A stretch of DNA of 63,965 bases, filler included, from Phoronis australis (Eukaryota > Animalia > Phoronida), in the NCBI GenBank assembly GCA_002633005.1. It is 3 parts of 3 records of this genome, joined end to end, with 100 filler letters (N's around TTAATTAATTAA, not from the genome) between each part and the next. Parts side by side here need not be neighbours in the genome. Positions count along the whole stretch, not along the records: positions 24,948 to 41,713 come from NMRA01001504.1; positions 41,814 to 63,965 come from NMRA01000122.1; 1 more part is not named here. One strand, given 5' to 3'. Positions 37,205 to 51,249 of this stretch are shown here, piece by piece (positions within the stretch are counted from its first letter, which is position 1; each line of letters opens with the position of its first letter). The translations under genes and the position numbers were made by a program. The notes beneath the pieces are model-generated. The model was not told the DNA's origin and searched no databases. It was given only the letters and a program-made list of their open reading frames with translations.

Positions 37205-40200
37205 TAGCACCGTGAAGGTGATGATGTTTTCACAAAGTAGTGTATAATTACACTCTATTGTAGATTTGCATGCGTTTTGTATTCTTTCATGTAAACGCGT
37301 GAATATACACAAAACGTAACGAGAGTGGCGTACAAGAAGTAATATCCCATGAGACATTATTACACATATCGACCTCGACCTTCGGTCTCTGTCGATTCCC
37401 GGAATAATGTCTAGTGGGATATTACTTCATCTACGCCAATCGAGGTACGTTTCATATTTATCCTACACGCATCAAATTCCTAAGTTTCTTTCATTGTTTC
37501 CGCAGATTTTTTAAATACTTCACAAACTGTTCACGTGGCGGATCACATCCTATATGTGTGTACTTGCGCGTTAGGCTGCACGTTTTCTTTAATAAAAGAA
37601 ATGGTTTTAAATGTGACGATTTATTACTTGAAAAGAGATAACAATGATGAAAGCAAGGGTTACATTTCATTGAACTTGTAACATCTCCTGAAAATAGTTA
37701 AATAACAACAATATTTTGATATTGTAGTTACCGAGGAATCAGCGCCTGAGTTGCAGACGATAAAATGTTTAGCAAATGAAAACTGAGACAGATCTGTCAT
37801 AGAATTAACAGTCTTGTTACGATTAGGACATGATTGTATGTTCAGCGTTATTTACACTGCTATAATTTTATTACTTTAAACTATTTTCCGAAAGTTTGGT
37901 GATCGAACCGGATAACGACGTCGAGTCGACATAGACCTACCTTTTGAACTTTCCATGTAAGAGGTCACTGTTGAGGTAGTGCGGGAGGTGAATACGGAAG
38001 ACTATTACATGGCCGTATTTCGTTCGACAGATTCAACACGTATGGGATAAAAACTAGGGATTACAAGACCCGTCACATGAATATGCTTGCAAACTAAACG
38101 ACATATTTAATAATCAAAAGTACACGGGAACGTACACTGTAATTTGAGAAATAGCAAAGGGCATTCACGAATAAATGAATCCCAAATGAGTGAACGTCTG
38201 GTGTAATGAAAGTTTCTCTATAGTGTATTGTTTCATGACCTGGAATTGACAGTAATTAAACTTTAGAAAGTCTGCCAATTGTAGCAAATAATGAGATTTA
38301 TGGCACTCTGACATAAATCCTATTATTTGGGCAAATACAATTATACAGCCCTTCATCCTTCATATCCAACTCCTAGTTAGTTCTTACCAAGCCCGATGGT
38401 AGCGCTGCTTGTTCTTTCCCTCCAGCTTCCTGTTGGCCCAGCCTCAAGCAACAGTACATTCACTCGTAAGTTTTCGTAATTAGACAGTTTTATACCTCTC
38501 CCACCCTCCCTACCCTGGGTCCCGCAAAATCTCAAGTCAACCGATTTATACCTTTCCCGCGCTCTCTCCCTTTTGTCGAACAAAATCTGCTGTTGGTTAT
38601 TGTTGTTTTTACAGTCACTGCTGGTACCTCCTTCAAACACGGAGTGTGTTACCGTCCAGCAAGAACCGACGTCATTGGCTAGCGACCCGATCTGTACTTG
38701 AGCATCCATCCCTGCAGCTTGCTTCTCTCCACCCCGGTCACAACTCTCGGCACATACTGAGCCACAACACCACGTTCCTTACAATATCTCTTTTTATCAC
38801 TCCGGCTTGTCTGCTCACTCAGCTTGTCCGGAACCTGCTTTGCAAGTTGTTATAGCGCAGTTGCCTGTTTGGTGTACACACTTGGTACTTTACATATGAT
38901 ATTTGCCCATTTGACAGTTTGTACCCATTATTGTATTTGCCGTTTTGCTCGACCCACTTGGTAGGCAATCGGCCAAAATCCATTTGGTATTATGTACCCA
39001 TTTGGTAATATGCTAATCTGTGCCACTTAGTATCCGATACTCAATTACAGATTGGGTATCGTAAATGTGTGTGTTATCTCTTGTAATTAAGGAACCCATC
39101 TGGTTCCTTCCGTGAGATATTTACTTGTAGAGCTGTGACCCTGAAATTCCCAATACAACTTAAAATATATATTATTCTTGTTGTTTTATTTGTCCCCAAT
39201 AATTCTAAAATGAACGAAGGACAGGTGTCATTGCAGAACGTCTCTTGTTGTGCGCTGCCTAGTAATCTAAACTAGTCAGGAGCTTGAAAGAAACAAAGGT
39301 GGTCTTACATATTCACAAAGTGGGCATTTATTTCGTGCCTTAAAACACGAATGCTAATAAATTCTACAGTTGGTGTGCATTTTCCTCTTCAAGTCGCGTA
39401 TCAGTTCATGGTTTACACCATCAAAGATCAGCTTTGACTGATAAGAGGCACTCCTTCCAAAAATTAAAGTCGGTTTGGAACTCCTCTTCAACTTGCCGAT
39501 GCAATGGTTAAACAGGTCTGTCTAAGAAGGAAAATTATTCACAATGCTGAGTGGATAAGGTAACCGGAACCCGCGTTTGTCACCAAATTACACCTATGGA
39601 AAACTTTGTTTCCACCAGGAGGTGTTCAGAAATAAAGGTGCTTCTTTTTGACCACTGAAATACATTGAAAGCGGAAAGCAGTTGACAAATATGAGGTCGT
39701 TCCTGTAATAAGGTACTGTAGGCATATGTAAATCAGACCCAGTTTTTAATAAATGCCATGACCGGTCGAGGCTGCACATTTCACTGCCTTTTTGAAAGAC
39801 AATATTTGCGATGGTGTTGAGAAATGACGCAGATAAAAGTACGATTTCTATGTCTCTGGTGGCATTATTTTGGTTAAATCTAAGTATTTGCTGTCGCGAC
39901 AGTTTTCATGACAGTGTAATGATGACCACGCTATAAACACGCCACATCAAATCTGCATGTCAAAACCGCCACCTACATGTACTCGCACATGCAGTATGGT
40001 AGTAATGAAATTTTTTACTACATGTAGCTGTCACTGCAAGTCTGTAAAAAGGAAATTCGTGATTGGAAAAACAGAAAAGTTCTACGTCGTCAAAATCGAT
40101 TATAACCCCTCTCAAGCTCCTTTTCCCTAGCTTTACATAGTCGCAAATTCCAACATTCCGGTCGTTGGCGATTTACCCCGCGCCACGATAACCCAAGGCA

Positions 40201-41568
40201 TTCTAACCCTGTAAATTAGTGGGAGTCACCGTTTACCGTTTTCTTACGGTCATGCGGCGAGACCAACTTAAAAATTAATTTTATTCCAAAACAGATTCCT
40301 CTTTAGTTATCAGTCACCTAAATTTGTAAAGTTCGAATTTCCCTGATACTCTCCACATATCCCCATGCATTCAAGCGAGGCACGTGATCACATTAGCATT
40401 ACACGTGTCTCGCACCTACAGAAAGTTCCGTACACCTGGTAGAGCTCAGTGGCGCTCAGGCAGCTGGGAAAAGCTAGCGAAAATCACGTGTTCACATTTA
40501 AAATGCAAGTACGCGGTAATATCATTAGAGGTAATTTCACAAACTCTTGCTTTTTAGCGGGGTCCTAGCAAGGTCTTAGTGTTATTGAACTCTTCCCTAG
40601 CTGTTCCTTGACACCACGTGCAATACGTTATTCCACCAAACGACGGTGGCGTTCAATGCAGTTGCTGCAACCTTTGCGTAACGTTTTCGCAGCCTTTCTC
40701 TCATCATTGTAAACGATTATTTCTATGGCACCAAACCTAATCCATCCTCGCTGTTGATCACCTTTGCTTCGATATAAATGACTGTATAGCTCAGAATACA
40801 TGTTACTAATTAACATTTTCTTGTTGATTCACAGTTATTTGGTCTCGTGACTGTCATATGGATCCTCCACAATTGACCTATCGCAAGCTCCGCCCCTATA
40901 CAAAAAGTCACGTGATACCCGACATTCGAACAAGATGACAGAGGCAAATACACTGTCGCTAAACGACGTCCCTGGTGGAATCGATGATTGCTTTTGTACT
41001 ATTTGAAAACGCGTCGACAGAGACAAGAGGCGATGCCTTTCAACAGTGAACGTTCATGATATGGGAATTTGTAAAGGTGACGATGGAAAAATAAGTGCTC
41101 GAGGAGCCAGCGAAAATCCGAGGAACCCCTCGGCCTCGGGGCCACCTTCACCTGACAAATGGCAAGGCCACTGATACGATATGTTCATGTAAAGCTGGGT
41201 ATGCACCTTAAAGTCGAATTATCTGTACGATTCCATAGATTTCATTATCTTTCGAATAAAATCAGTGAAGATTCACCGATATTTTTATTCTGTCGTCTGC
41301 TAGATTTCGCCAAATGGAAAGTAGGTCACAACTGGTGGGACTCCTGGAGTAAAGTAGGTCATAGATTACAGACAACACATGCACTATAGTGTCTGACCAG
41401 GTCGACTCGACAGCACTGTTTACGCTTTTCTAATCTTGTAACGAAATATTTTGATCAAAAAATTCAGGTTCATAGCTCAGGTACATACTCATTTCGTCCT
41501 GCCCAAACAGTTACATGTAGCTCCTGTAGTTCTAGGGCTGTGTCTAAGTAAAATTAATGTCTGGAATT

Positions 41569-41713
41569 CAGTGGCGGATCTAGGATACCACAGGGGGGCC
41601 AACATATGTTGCCTCGTGGAATTGGGCAAAGTACGATTGTATGTGCACAGGCGGCCCAAAAGTTGCAGGGGCCAGGGATGTAGACCGTTGGGCCTTCTGT
41701 TCAGAAAATCTAT
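41569..41713. mobile_element. Partial MITE, same family as 9002-9298, cut by gap
   Basis: cagtggcggatctaggata...gcacaggcggcccaaaagttgcaggggccag. Confidence 0.6.
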
Positions 41714-41813
41714 NNNNNNNNNNNNNNNNNNNNNNNNNNNNNNNNNNNNNNNNNNNNTTAATTAATTAANNNNNNNNNNNNNNNNNNNNNNNNNNNNNNN
41801 NNNNNNNNNNNNN
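41714..41813. other. Assembly spacer (N + TTAATTAATTAA + N)
   Basis: Same 100-bp linker as at 24848. Confidence 0.97.
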
Positions 41814-44800
41814 GGGGGGGGGAAGATGTACATGGATGGACACGGCTAAAAATCCCCGTCGACACTGTAGTAACCTGGTATGATTCATGATTGGCGATAG
41901 AAAATGATGTCATTCTACATACTTGGAATATCCTGTTACTCGGACTTGTGCCTTCTAGAAATATTCATGTCTCTTGGCAACATCTCGTGGTCTTATTTAC
42001 TCATGGTTCTTAGCTTCCTGTGTTATCCATCTGCTGTATACAAATGTCTCCAGCTGTATTGTACATTAGTCCCAATAAAGTATTTGATACATCAAGATAT
42101 TCTTGATGCGTTTAATCAGAATATTACACAAAAGTCGTTTTTAGAGGCTAAAAGAACATTTTTATTCAACCATTGTGAATGTTCAATTTTTACAAAAATG
42201 TAAAAACGTGGTGGTCTTGATTGAAGACACAGAGAAGAATCAGGGCCTGACAATATTTCCGAGTTGAAATTTCATCTTTCTACTTAAGGGGGCACAGTAC
42301 AATTCTCACTTAGTTTTGTCTGGCAGTGCACACGTCATTGGACTCCCTGCCTTTCTTCCTCTTTGTCGAAGACTACTGCTTTTTGAATATCAAATATTAC
42401 TGGAGATCGTTCTTATAACGCAGTAAACAGGTACTACGTTTGCTGGGGCAACTGCGTACCTTTTAAATAAAATAAGTTACTTTTCGTAAACGTCAACTGG
42501 CCATCCCAACCTCGTCATAGCCAACCCAAGAAAAGCCAAAGCAAAACTTGAGGATTCTGAGCTCGAAAAGTGTGTGACGGCATTATATGGACCTTTAGTG
42601 TTGTTAATGAGCCATAATGACCAATAATGGAGCCCCGAAATCAAAAACCTATGGTCGACCGGGTTGTCAGTGAAGGCGGTAGTGTCCCCGCCACGTACAG
42701 CATTCGTCCAGCCGGATTTCATCAATCGAGTGAACGTTACAAAAAAGTCTGAAGGTTTTTGAGAAGTGAAAAGCACGGCAAGCAATTGAATTGAAAAAAT
42801 CGTCTTCGAAGGAAAAATAAAAGAAACTTGTCAAATTGCTCGATTACGCCTCTCCATGATAAGGCAAAAAAATCCACTGGCTTGGGCTGGCCAATGCAGG
42901 ACCGGCCCAAATTAGCCCGTAGGCAAAAGTATTGCATTTTGAGCCGCAAATGGTGCTGGGAGGTGTTCTATGGAAAAATAAAAGTGGTACTAATTTTTGG
43001 AATACCTGTGTATATTCTTAATTAAATTAATTACGTTTTGATACTGTTTAAGTTGGTGCGCGGATCGGCCGTTGTAGCCAGCCCAAGTTAACACCAGTAA
43101 GAAACTATTGCGATTTAAGCCTCCAAAAGCGTCTGAATGAATTCTTCTGGATGGATAATGTGTAATTTATTAAATAATTTTTTATCACCAGGCAGGAAAA
43201 GATGTAAATTTTGTCGGATAGACTTGGTAGCAAAGGCAATAGGATGCTCGAAGCAATGCTCGTGCTGTCGAGCAAAATAAAGGCAAAAAGTACAAATGTC
43301 CTTTGAAGAGGGACAAGCATGGCAAGCAATCGTAAATTTCAATCTTCTTTGGGGGAAAAACAAAACAAACTAATCAAATTTGTTTTGATAGTCACATTTT
43401 CCATTTAAGGGAAATGTGCTACGTCTATATCTTGCCATATCAAATAAGGAGACGACGGTTTCGCCGTGTACGAGAAAAATCGTCGAAGTGATGAGCAGTT
43501 GATAAGTATTTTTTGTGGAAATTTGAAATTAAAGGAAAAATACCCGATGAACTGTTTGATTTCTGTTTCAGTGGCAGAGAAACACTTTGAATGATGCAAT
43601 TTAGTCTGAACCCTAGAAAAATTCCAACTTTTGATAACTCGAAAACTTTATATCACAAAAAAGCCCGATCCGGAGGATTCATGTGAAACCTTCGGTTTAT
43701 GTTTTAGTTCTCCAAAACGATATTCAGATTGTGTTTAAAATGTCCCACTTTTACACGAGGGGCTATAAAAATAGGAAAATAAAAATTTGCATAAAACGAA
43801 ATGAAATTAAGAAAGCTTTGACAGAGTTCTTGGGATTTTATCATGAGCATTTATCCATGTTTTTGATACAGATGTTTTCGTCTGAATCTAGGAACCAATA
43901 TGGTACAAAGTCAAAAATCCAATTTTATGAACTTTTGACTTTCAGAATATGTACATTTATTGAGTTAAAATCTACAGTTTTAACTGGACGATATTTGGCT
44001 AAATACAGAGACTTGTCAATAAGGTCCGACGTAGTCACCGGCCTTGACAGACAACTCGGGCAAGAATTTGGCGATTTGTAATAAAACCAAATTACAAACA
44101 ACGGGTTTCTGTTATTGTATAGCTCTGGTCAAGGATAGTAGCTTGAAGACATCTATCCAAATTTCAGTTTTCCATTCAACAACAATCCCAAAACGCGCTT
44201 TTCGGTCGTAAAACCGATAATGTCCATTTAAAGGGCAAAAATGTCAAAAGAACCTCTGACGTCAAACAAGTATTTTCACCTTGAACGTCATCGCGTAACG
44301 ATAGAGATGGACAGAGTTATCGATAAAGATCGGTAGTGACTTTCGATAGGGATAGTAACTATATCAACAGAGTTAGTAATTTTGTCGATAGTAGAGATAA
44401 TACTCTACCGATAAATAGGCTACGGTAACTCTAGTAGCGGAGCCAGTAAGTCTATCGGTAGAGAATTCTATCGGGCTAGAGTTAGCAAGTCTATAGATAT
44501 CTGTCCATAGAGACAGTAACTCTACTGTCGATAGATTTGGTAAGGCATCCACAGAGATAGCAACTAAATCTATCAATCATAAAAATACTAGTATCTCCAT
44601 CCATAGCTACAGAAAGTCTACCCATAGACTTACATATATGTAGGACCATGGTTAAAACGGAGATAACGGGACCGCAGAAAAAAATCACTTGCTGTCCTTT
44701 TATAACCACCATACTACTGACGACTGAAATTTTTTGATGGCGCGGCGGGCCCTGAGCGGCTGAGTCCACGCTTCAGAAAAATGCCGTTTTAAACAAACAT

Positions 44801-45413
44801 GGCCTGAATATGAAACGGTGAGCCCGACGGCGAACACTCACTCAGGAGCTCTATTGGTCAGGGCTACCCCTGGAAACCAAAAAAAACGCACTGAGTCATA
44901 GAAATCTATATATTTTTCGAAGTCCACGCGTTGAACCTTCGCTTTCTGTTCAGAAATGGTCTCTTTTGCTGTGCTTGGAATTATACTTGATGTCAAGATC
45001 GCGTATACTCAGTATTTAAGTGAGCCTGAATAGCCGAGAAAACTTAACAAGTTCACTCAGGCAAAGTACAAAATAGCATAATTTAAGTTTTAACAAACTT
45101 TACAGTCGTTTTTTCACAATTGGTGATCTCATTCACCAAACAATAATTGATCAACCGTTCCTCGGATTCTGTGACACAAGTTCCGGTAAATGAGAAAATG
45201 GGTGATCGTGGGGCCAATAAATTACATAAAAATAGACTGAAGAAACATTGTACACGATTGCTGTAATGAATATTTGATTTCAAGTTCACACACATCATCT
45301 TCACTTGGCCCCCAAGGCTAACACTCTGACGTCACGGACAGCGTGTGAGGCAACCCCAACTAACCTAGAGGATTTGTGCAGAAGACAACTTCATCGTAAC
45401 CTAGGACTAGTCC

Positions 45414-48400
45414 TAGACCGTTATAGACCGGCAGCCCAGAGCACTTAGCATAGATGAATGAGGTACCAACATCTGACCACGGAACCATTTAGAGTCCACC
45501 TCAGTATATACAGAAATGGACGTCTGCCGTTGTCTGCACTCTGGGTGTGACCCCTGGGGGCCTTACAAAGGGCCCAAAAATGAGCTAGACTAGATATTCG
45601 AGGTACCGACCAAAACTGATTTAAAACGAACACTAGTACCGCACTGAACATTGAATGACCCTTGACAGACAAACTGCACTCTGGAATGGGTCCGGCAGAA
45701 ACCAAAAAAGACCACCCCAAAATGAGCTAGCACATACATTCGAGGTACCACAAAAAACAATTACATGAGATTTAATACGTGTCACAGGTCCCTAAATGCC
45801 CTATGATCGGCAGACAAAATACACTCTGGATTGTGCCTGGCAGAAACCCTTAAAAATCTCAACCACGGTATGCCAATTTTGAGACAGTTAGATTTTCAAG
45901 GTATCGGCTTAAACTTATTTAAAACCAACAATAGTTCTGCACTGAACACCCAATGACCCGTGAAAGACAAATTTTACTCTGGAAATAGTCGGCCAGAAAC
46001 CTACAAAGGACCTTAAAATGGAGCTACAATTGTCCATGCATTTTCCCCTTGCTAGTTCAATGGGGTGGGAAACCCAAACAACTGGACAACAAGACGTTAA
46101 AAATTGCACCACGGAAATCGAAGTAGGCCTACACATATTCTCAATTGGTGACAAAAGTGGTGTATTTAATAAGTTAACTGCAAAAAATGGGACCGCGGGA
46201 AACAAAAACTAATTATAGAAAACTTTCGTTCACTAAAGCCTTTGTTTACTCTCATGATCACAAGAAGCGAAAAGCAGACCGGTGTCAGGATGTGAGACAG
46301 TGAACTCTCCTAGTGGTAAGTTTTTGAAGAAATTTTTACATGATGTCGAAATTCAGTGCAGTGTATAGTGTTTTAGTTTCGCGGAGTCATTTGTCGATTG
46401 CCGATATAATGTAATCCGTGATAAAATACAAATCACCCCTAATTTGGTGCGCAGCCACGCGGTGGAGTCCCAATGCTATATAAAAAATATATATATATAA
46501 CGACGTGTTTCTGTAACAAAGGGTCTCGCTGCAGCATTGCCTGGTCTGCATGCAATGACAGGGTGTGACGTCACAGCAGCACTGTATAGGAAAGGGAAAG
46601 TGAGGCCTATGGAAATCCTGATGAAAGACTCATCTGGGACACTTATCAGCTTTTTCTCAGAGTTAATAAGCGTAGATGTCCCAGACGAAAGAAAGTTAGA
46701 AGAATACATATGCGTCCTATTTAGTGAAGGAAGGAGTCAAAGATGTCAATGAAGCGAGATATCTGAAATTAATCGAGATGACCGGAAAAATAAACAAGCC
46801 CCAAACTGTAATTGATAAAATATAGTTCATAAAAGCAACGAAATAATTTCAAATGTTTTCATTGTGTTAAACCAAAAGGTCCAGTTTCACGTCATACATA
46901 AAAAACAGTAAATGGTGGTGAGGTTTTATGTTTTTGTTCGTCAACTTTTATACAATTGGTCCCTCGTCAATAAAATTTTCTCACTATTTAGTTCAGGAAA
47001 AGCCGATGTCCAACATCAAGAAGATTGACTGCGCATTGCTTCCTCCTTGCCGAAAGACACTATTGAACAAGCTCAAACGAGCCCATTATGTTGCCTTGCT
47101 TTGAGGTCAAGTGGATTTGGCCGATCCGGGAAACGGTTTGGATCCTCTTACCTACAGTTGGAAGGTACAAGATAGATACTATACTCCCGAATGGTTTTGT
47201 GGATCTGCCGTTCCTGATGTCCTGTTTGAAGGTGCTGGTCTTTTACAAGAAAACCAAGCCGATCAATAGGTAGAGGAAATGGGCTATGACGAAACAAGCG
47301 AGCCCACATCCGCAAGCTGGAGTAGCAGTGACGAATCTGATATTGAAACGTAATAAAAACTAACAGGAAACTACTGTTGACATTAAACATATAGTATGTA
47401 GCTTGATGTTCTTATCGATACATTGATTTTGACTATCTGTTACTATGCTGTTTGAAAGTGTTGCTCTATTTCATGTAATTTATTTTGAATAAAGAAGGTT
47501 TTTAAAAACACGTCTGTTACTTTTCTTTCAACGTATTGTTTAGTAGTCAATGGGATGAAAGGGCTCTTTGGAAATAATTTTCGTAGTTCCTCGATCTAAC
47601 GCAAATTTAGGGACCATATGTTATCGCTGACGTATCCTTTCTGTTGGCAGTTTTGATAGCGTTTTATATTTTACACAACTTGCGTTCTTAAACTTCATTG
47701 AGTGGATTGGTTTTAGACAGTTCCTGGTATACCAAAGTTTTACTGTTATCAGGTACTTTCCAAAATACTTACTCTCCGCCATCTTCCATTTGACAACCAG
47801 TGCCGGTGAGAGCTCAGTAGACGCAAACGTATAAACTCATCATCTAATATGAGGGGATCCTTTTTTGGTTTCTGCCAGACCCATTCCAGAGTGTAATTTG
47901 TCTGTCATGGGTCATTTGGTGTTCAATGCGGTACTTTTGTTCGTTTAAAGCCAGTTTTGGCCGGTACCTCGAAAATCTAGTCTAACTCAATTTTTTGATG
48001 GCATGGTTGAGATTTTTGGGGGTTTCTGCCGGGCACAACCCAGAGTGTAATTTGTCTGTCATAGGGCACTTAGTGATCTGTGACATGTATTGAATCATAT
48101 GGAATTGGTTTTGTGTGGTACCTCGAATGTATGTGCTAGCTCATTTTTGGGGGGTCTTTTTTGGTTTCTGCCGGACCCATTCCAGAGTGCAATTTGTCTG
48201 TCATGGGTCATTCCGTGTTCAGTGCGGTGCTATTGTTTGTTTTAAACCAGTTTTGGTTGGTGCCTCGAATATCTAGTGTAGCTCATTTTTGGGCCCTTTG
48301 TAAGGCCCCCAGGGGTCACACCCAGAGTGCAGACAACGGCAGACGTCCATTTCTGTACATACTGAGGTGGACTCTAAATGCTCCCGTGGTCAGATGTTGG

Positions 48401-48455
48401 TACCTCGTTCATCTATGCTAAATGCTCTGGGCTGCCGGTCTATAACAGAACTCTA
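45414..48455. mobile_element. Academ(X)-like DNA transposon, deleted derivative with ~600-bp TIRs
   Basis: 45414-~46015 and ~47855-48455 are reverse complements (gttatagaccggcagcccagagca...); TAG...CTA termini; internal XPG/FEN1-like remnant; no clean TSD seen. Confidence 0.75.
46500..47270 (+). pseudogene. C-terminal XPG/Rad2-like nuclease region of the transposon protein (frameshift, stop, one intron)
   Basis: ALPGLHAMTGCDVTAALYRKGK...DVNEARY... then LLPPCRKTLLNKLKRAHYVALL*...DPLTYSWK...PEWFCGSAVPDVL. Confidence 0.75.
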
Positions 48456-48783
48456 GCTCTGGCTTATAGTGCTCAGCTTCGAAAGGTACTTGCTTACTTT
48501 TCAGTATAGATGGCGCTGTGTCAGACGGTAGCTCTGGCTGGGGTTCTATGACTTTGTTGTTATCTGGGGGGGCTTGGTCAAAGCATGTGATATGATTGGC
48601 TGGATCATGTGACCCACTGCGTGACGTAAGCATGCGAAAGAAACTGGAGGTCGCAGTGCAGTGTTGCGTACGAGCCAGATTCCAATACGGGTCGGTGATT
48701 ACTGAGTTCGACGTTGTTATTTCCATCGTGATGCCTGTCTGATTGATTAAGGGCTTTCGATTAATGCTTATTTATCTATCGTG

Positions 48784-49017
48784 ATGTTTCGTTTTGCAAA
48801 ATTTTCAACACGGCGTTTGGCTTCAGCGAAGTTCTCGACAGCCGTCAATAAAGCCACGTTAAATTTAAAAACACGATGGACATGGAGTCATCTTCGATGG
48901 ACGTCCACTTCAGCCGCAGTCAATAAGATCTTTCCGAGCACTAGCGAATTTTGTAGCAGGCACGTCGGTCCTAGAGAAAAAGACAAGACGGAAATGCTTA
49001 AAGCATGCGGTGTTCAG
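48784..49017 (+). CDS. GLDC: Glycine dehydrogenase (decarboxylating), mitochondrial P-protein, exon 1
   Basis: Arg/Ser-rich transit peptide then FCSRHVGPREKDKTEMLKACGVQ|gtaatg (F..RH[IV]GP......ML motif). Confidence 0.9.
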
Positions 49018-50468
49018 GTAATGGTGAACTTATATAGGCCTACTTATAATTTATGTACATACATGGTTGGCCTGATTCTCACTGTCAGATTTTATGGCCT
49101 AGTAATACTGCCACTGGCAATAGTCCAACTGGTGTTGTAGACAGTAAACCGTCTATCAGACCTGGTTACCTTGGTCTGGTTACATGGCCCAACTTCGCAG
49201 ACCAAGTAAATCCTACACCGAGTTGCAGTCTACTGTTGAAATCAGATTTCGTTGCCACGGTTTTATAGTGACCATGCAACTAGGTCTGCCGAAAACAGCT
49301 TGACCGAAAGTCACTGAAAGTGGAACTGTGGAAGTTCATTTTTCACGAGACTTTAACGGTTTTAACTCCCTGTTTGGTGTGGGAGTTAACAAGGATAGAG
49401 ACTCCAATCATAAAAATATAATCAACTTTATGAAAGTGGCATTTGACAGACCTGGTCATTATAAAACCATGGCAAACACTCAGAAACTGTTGACTGCAAC
49501 TCAGGTGAAGGAGTTTATTTGGTCTTCAATTCGAGACCATTTCATCATACCAAGTTAACCCGGGCTGTTAGTTTGGTCTATGACAGGATCGTGAATTGCA
49601 ACATCTCAGTTCCCTACCATCAACATTGAATGGTTACAGATTGTGATTTGAATAGCCAGTTAAGGTAGCTCCTGACTTTTATGTCAGTTACTTTTATTTG
49701 GAGCTAGGGTACAGAGGTGGCTGTCAGTGAGCACTGCCTACTTTTAAACAAAAAGATTAAACACAATGCAGGCCAATTCTGAATCTGCAGTCTATAAATC
49801 ACTGAATCCTTCATGGAAAGTTGAGCCTTTTCAGTCTTCAAACATCATTTAGTTATCAACTGCAACAGAATAAAAGTGAAATTCAAGCATGGCCACTGCT
49901 GCTCCTTTGATGAAGTAGGGTAGCCCTAGTGCCCTCTTCAGGCTTAATCATAAGCTGGTGGCTAGTGTACCGATATAGCCCCCCCCCCCGAATATAGTGT
50001 TATCTGACCGATGCTAATCGCTCATCAAGTCTAGTTGGTTTTGAATAGGGAATCACCTGTTGTAGGAGCCAGTCATTAACATTTGAAATGCCTACTGGAG
50101 TGATTGGCCATAGAATGGATGGGTTCCACAATTATGCAATTAGGCCATGCCCACCATAGTAATTGTTGCCATTAGTTCCTTCTGCACAATGCAAATATAG
50201 TGGTGGATGTCCCCTGCATATGTACTCCAGCTACAAGAATTCTTTTTGATGCGTTCTCGGTAATATTTCGTTGAAAGTGTTATCGGCATGTATTCGAAGT
50301 GCTAAGACCACTGTGGTTGTCAGTATTTTTACACTGTACTTCCAGTTGTAGGGAACGCAGTTAGGTGTACTGGTAAGCAATTCCATGGCACAAGTGAATA
50401 TAAGACAGGGTAAAGTTTTGTTTGTGGCAGCTAGCTGACTGGTACATGGGAATGAAAATTGCATTGCT

Positions 50469-50620
50469 TTAAAGGCAAAGGCAACCTCACTTTCGGAGTA
50501 GAGGACGAGAAATTAATCAAATTACGAAAAGCTGTAATTAAGTGAAAAATGTGTCTGGGATAATCAACGAACCTTATTTTTGCTAAAAGTGACATGAAAA
50601 AAGGTTGCCTTCGCCTTTAA
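50469..50620. mobile_element. 150-bp non-autonomous Kolobok derivative in GLDC intron 1
   Basis: ttaaaggcaaaggcaacc...ggttgccttcgcctttaa; body matches the TIR of 28891-30812. Confidence 0.85.
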
Positions 50621-51249
50621 AAAACGTATTGTTAGCCTTACTCACAGGCAATGGCTTTAGCTAAAATCAAAGCATGGGCTCATTACGAAGACAGGGATGG
50701 ACGTTTGCACGAACTAATTTGAATAAATAATACAGAGACTATATTATTTATTGAAATTCTAAGTGTTTTCTGCTACTATCTTGGTAGGCCATTACATGTA
50801 CACAATATAATAAAAACATTCGTTCAAAGACTTAAGTGAAGTATTCAGTTCTTTGCGTGCCATGACCGACTTGGAAGCCCAAAAGTTAAGTTGTACCACA
50901 CCGGTGCTGTCAGTTATCAGTGTGTTCGCCACCATTCCCCCCTGTTAATGATGGGTTCAAAATCATGTATTTGGGATCTGTTGATAGGTTGACCTTTCGT
51001 GAACTTTTGGTTTTCTGACATAACAGAGTGTGATAGTATTTCTTGGTCTATGAGATGGTTGTATTCAATAACTAAATGTAAAACACTTAATTATATTAGT
51101 AACAGCAGCTGTCTGGTATTAGCAGAAGGTGAAGGCACAGTATTTATTACACATATGTAAGGTTTATATACAAGTTACAAATGTGTGGGTTGCACACACA
51201 GAACTTGATGATTCAAAACTCTATAGGACATAACAGTAAACAACTCTAA

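Noticed and set aside
45445-48421. Near-identical ORFs at 45445-45720 (-) and 48161-48421 (+) as duplicated genes
   Set aside because: They are the two TIRs of one transposon
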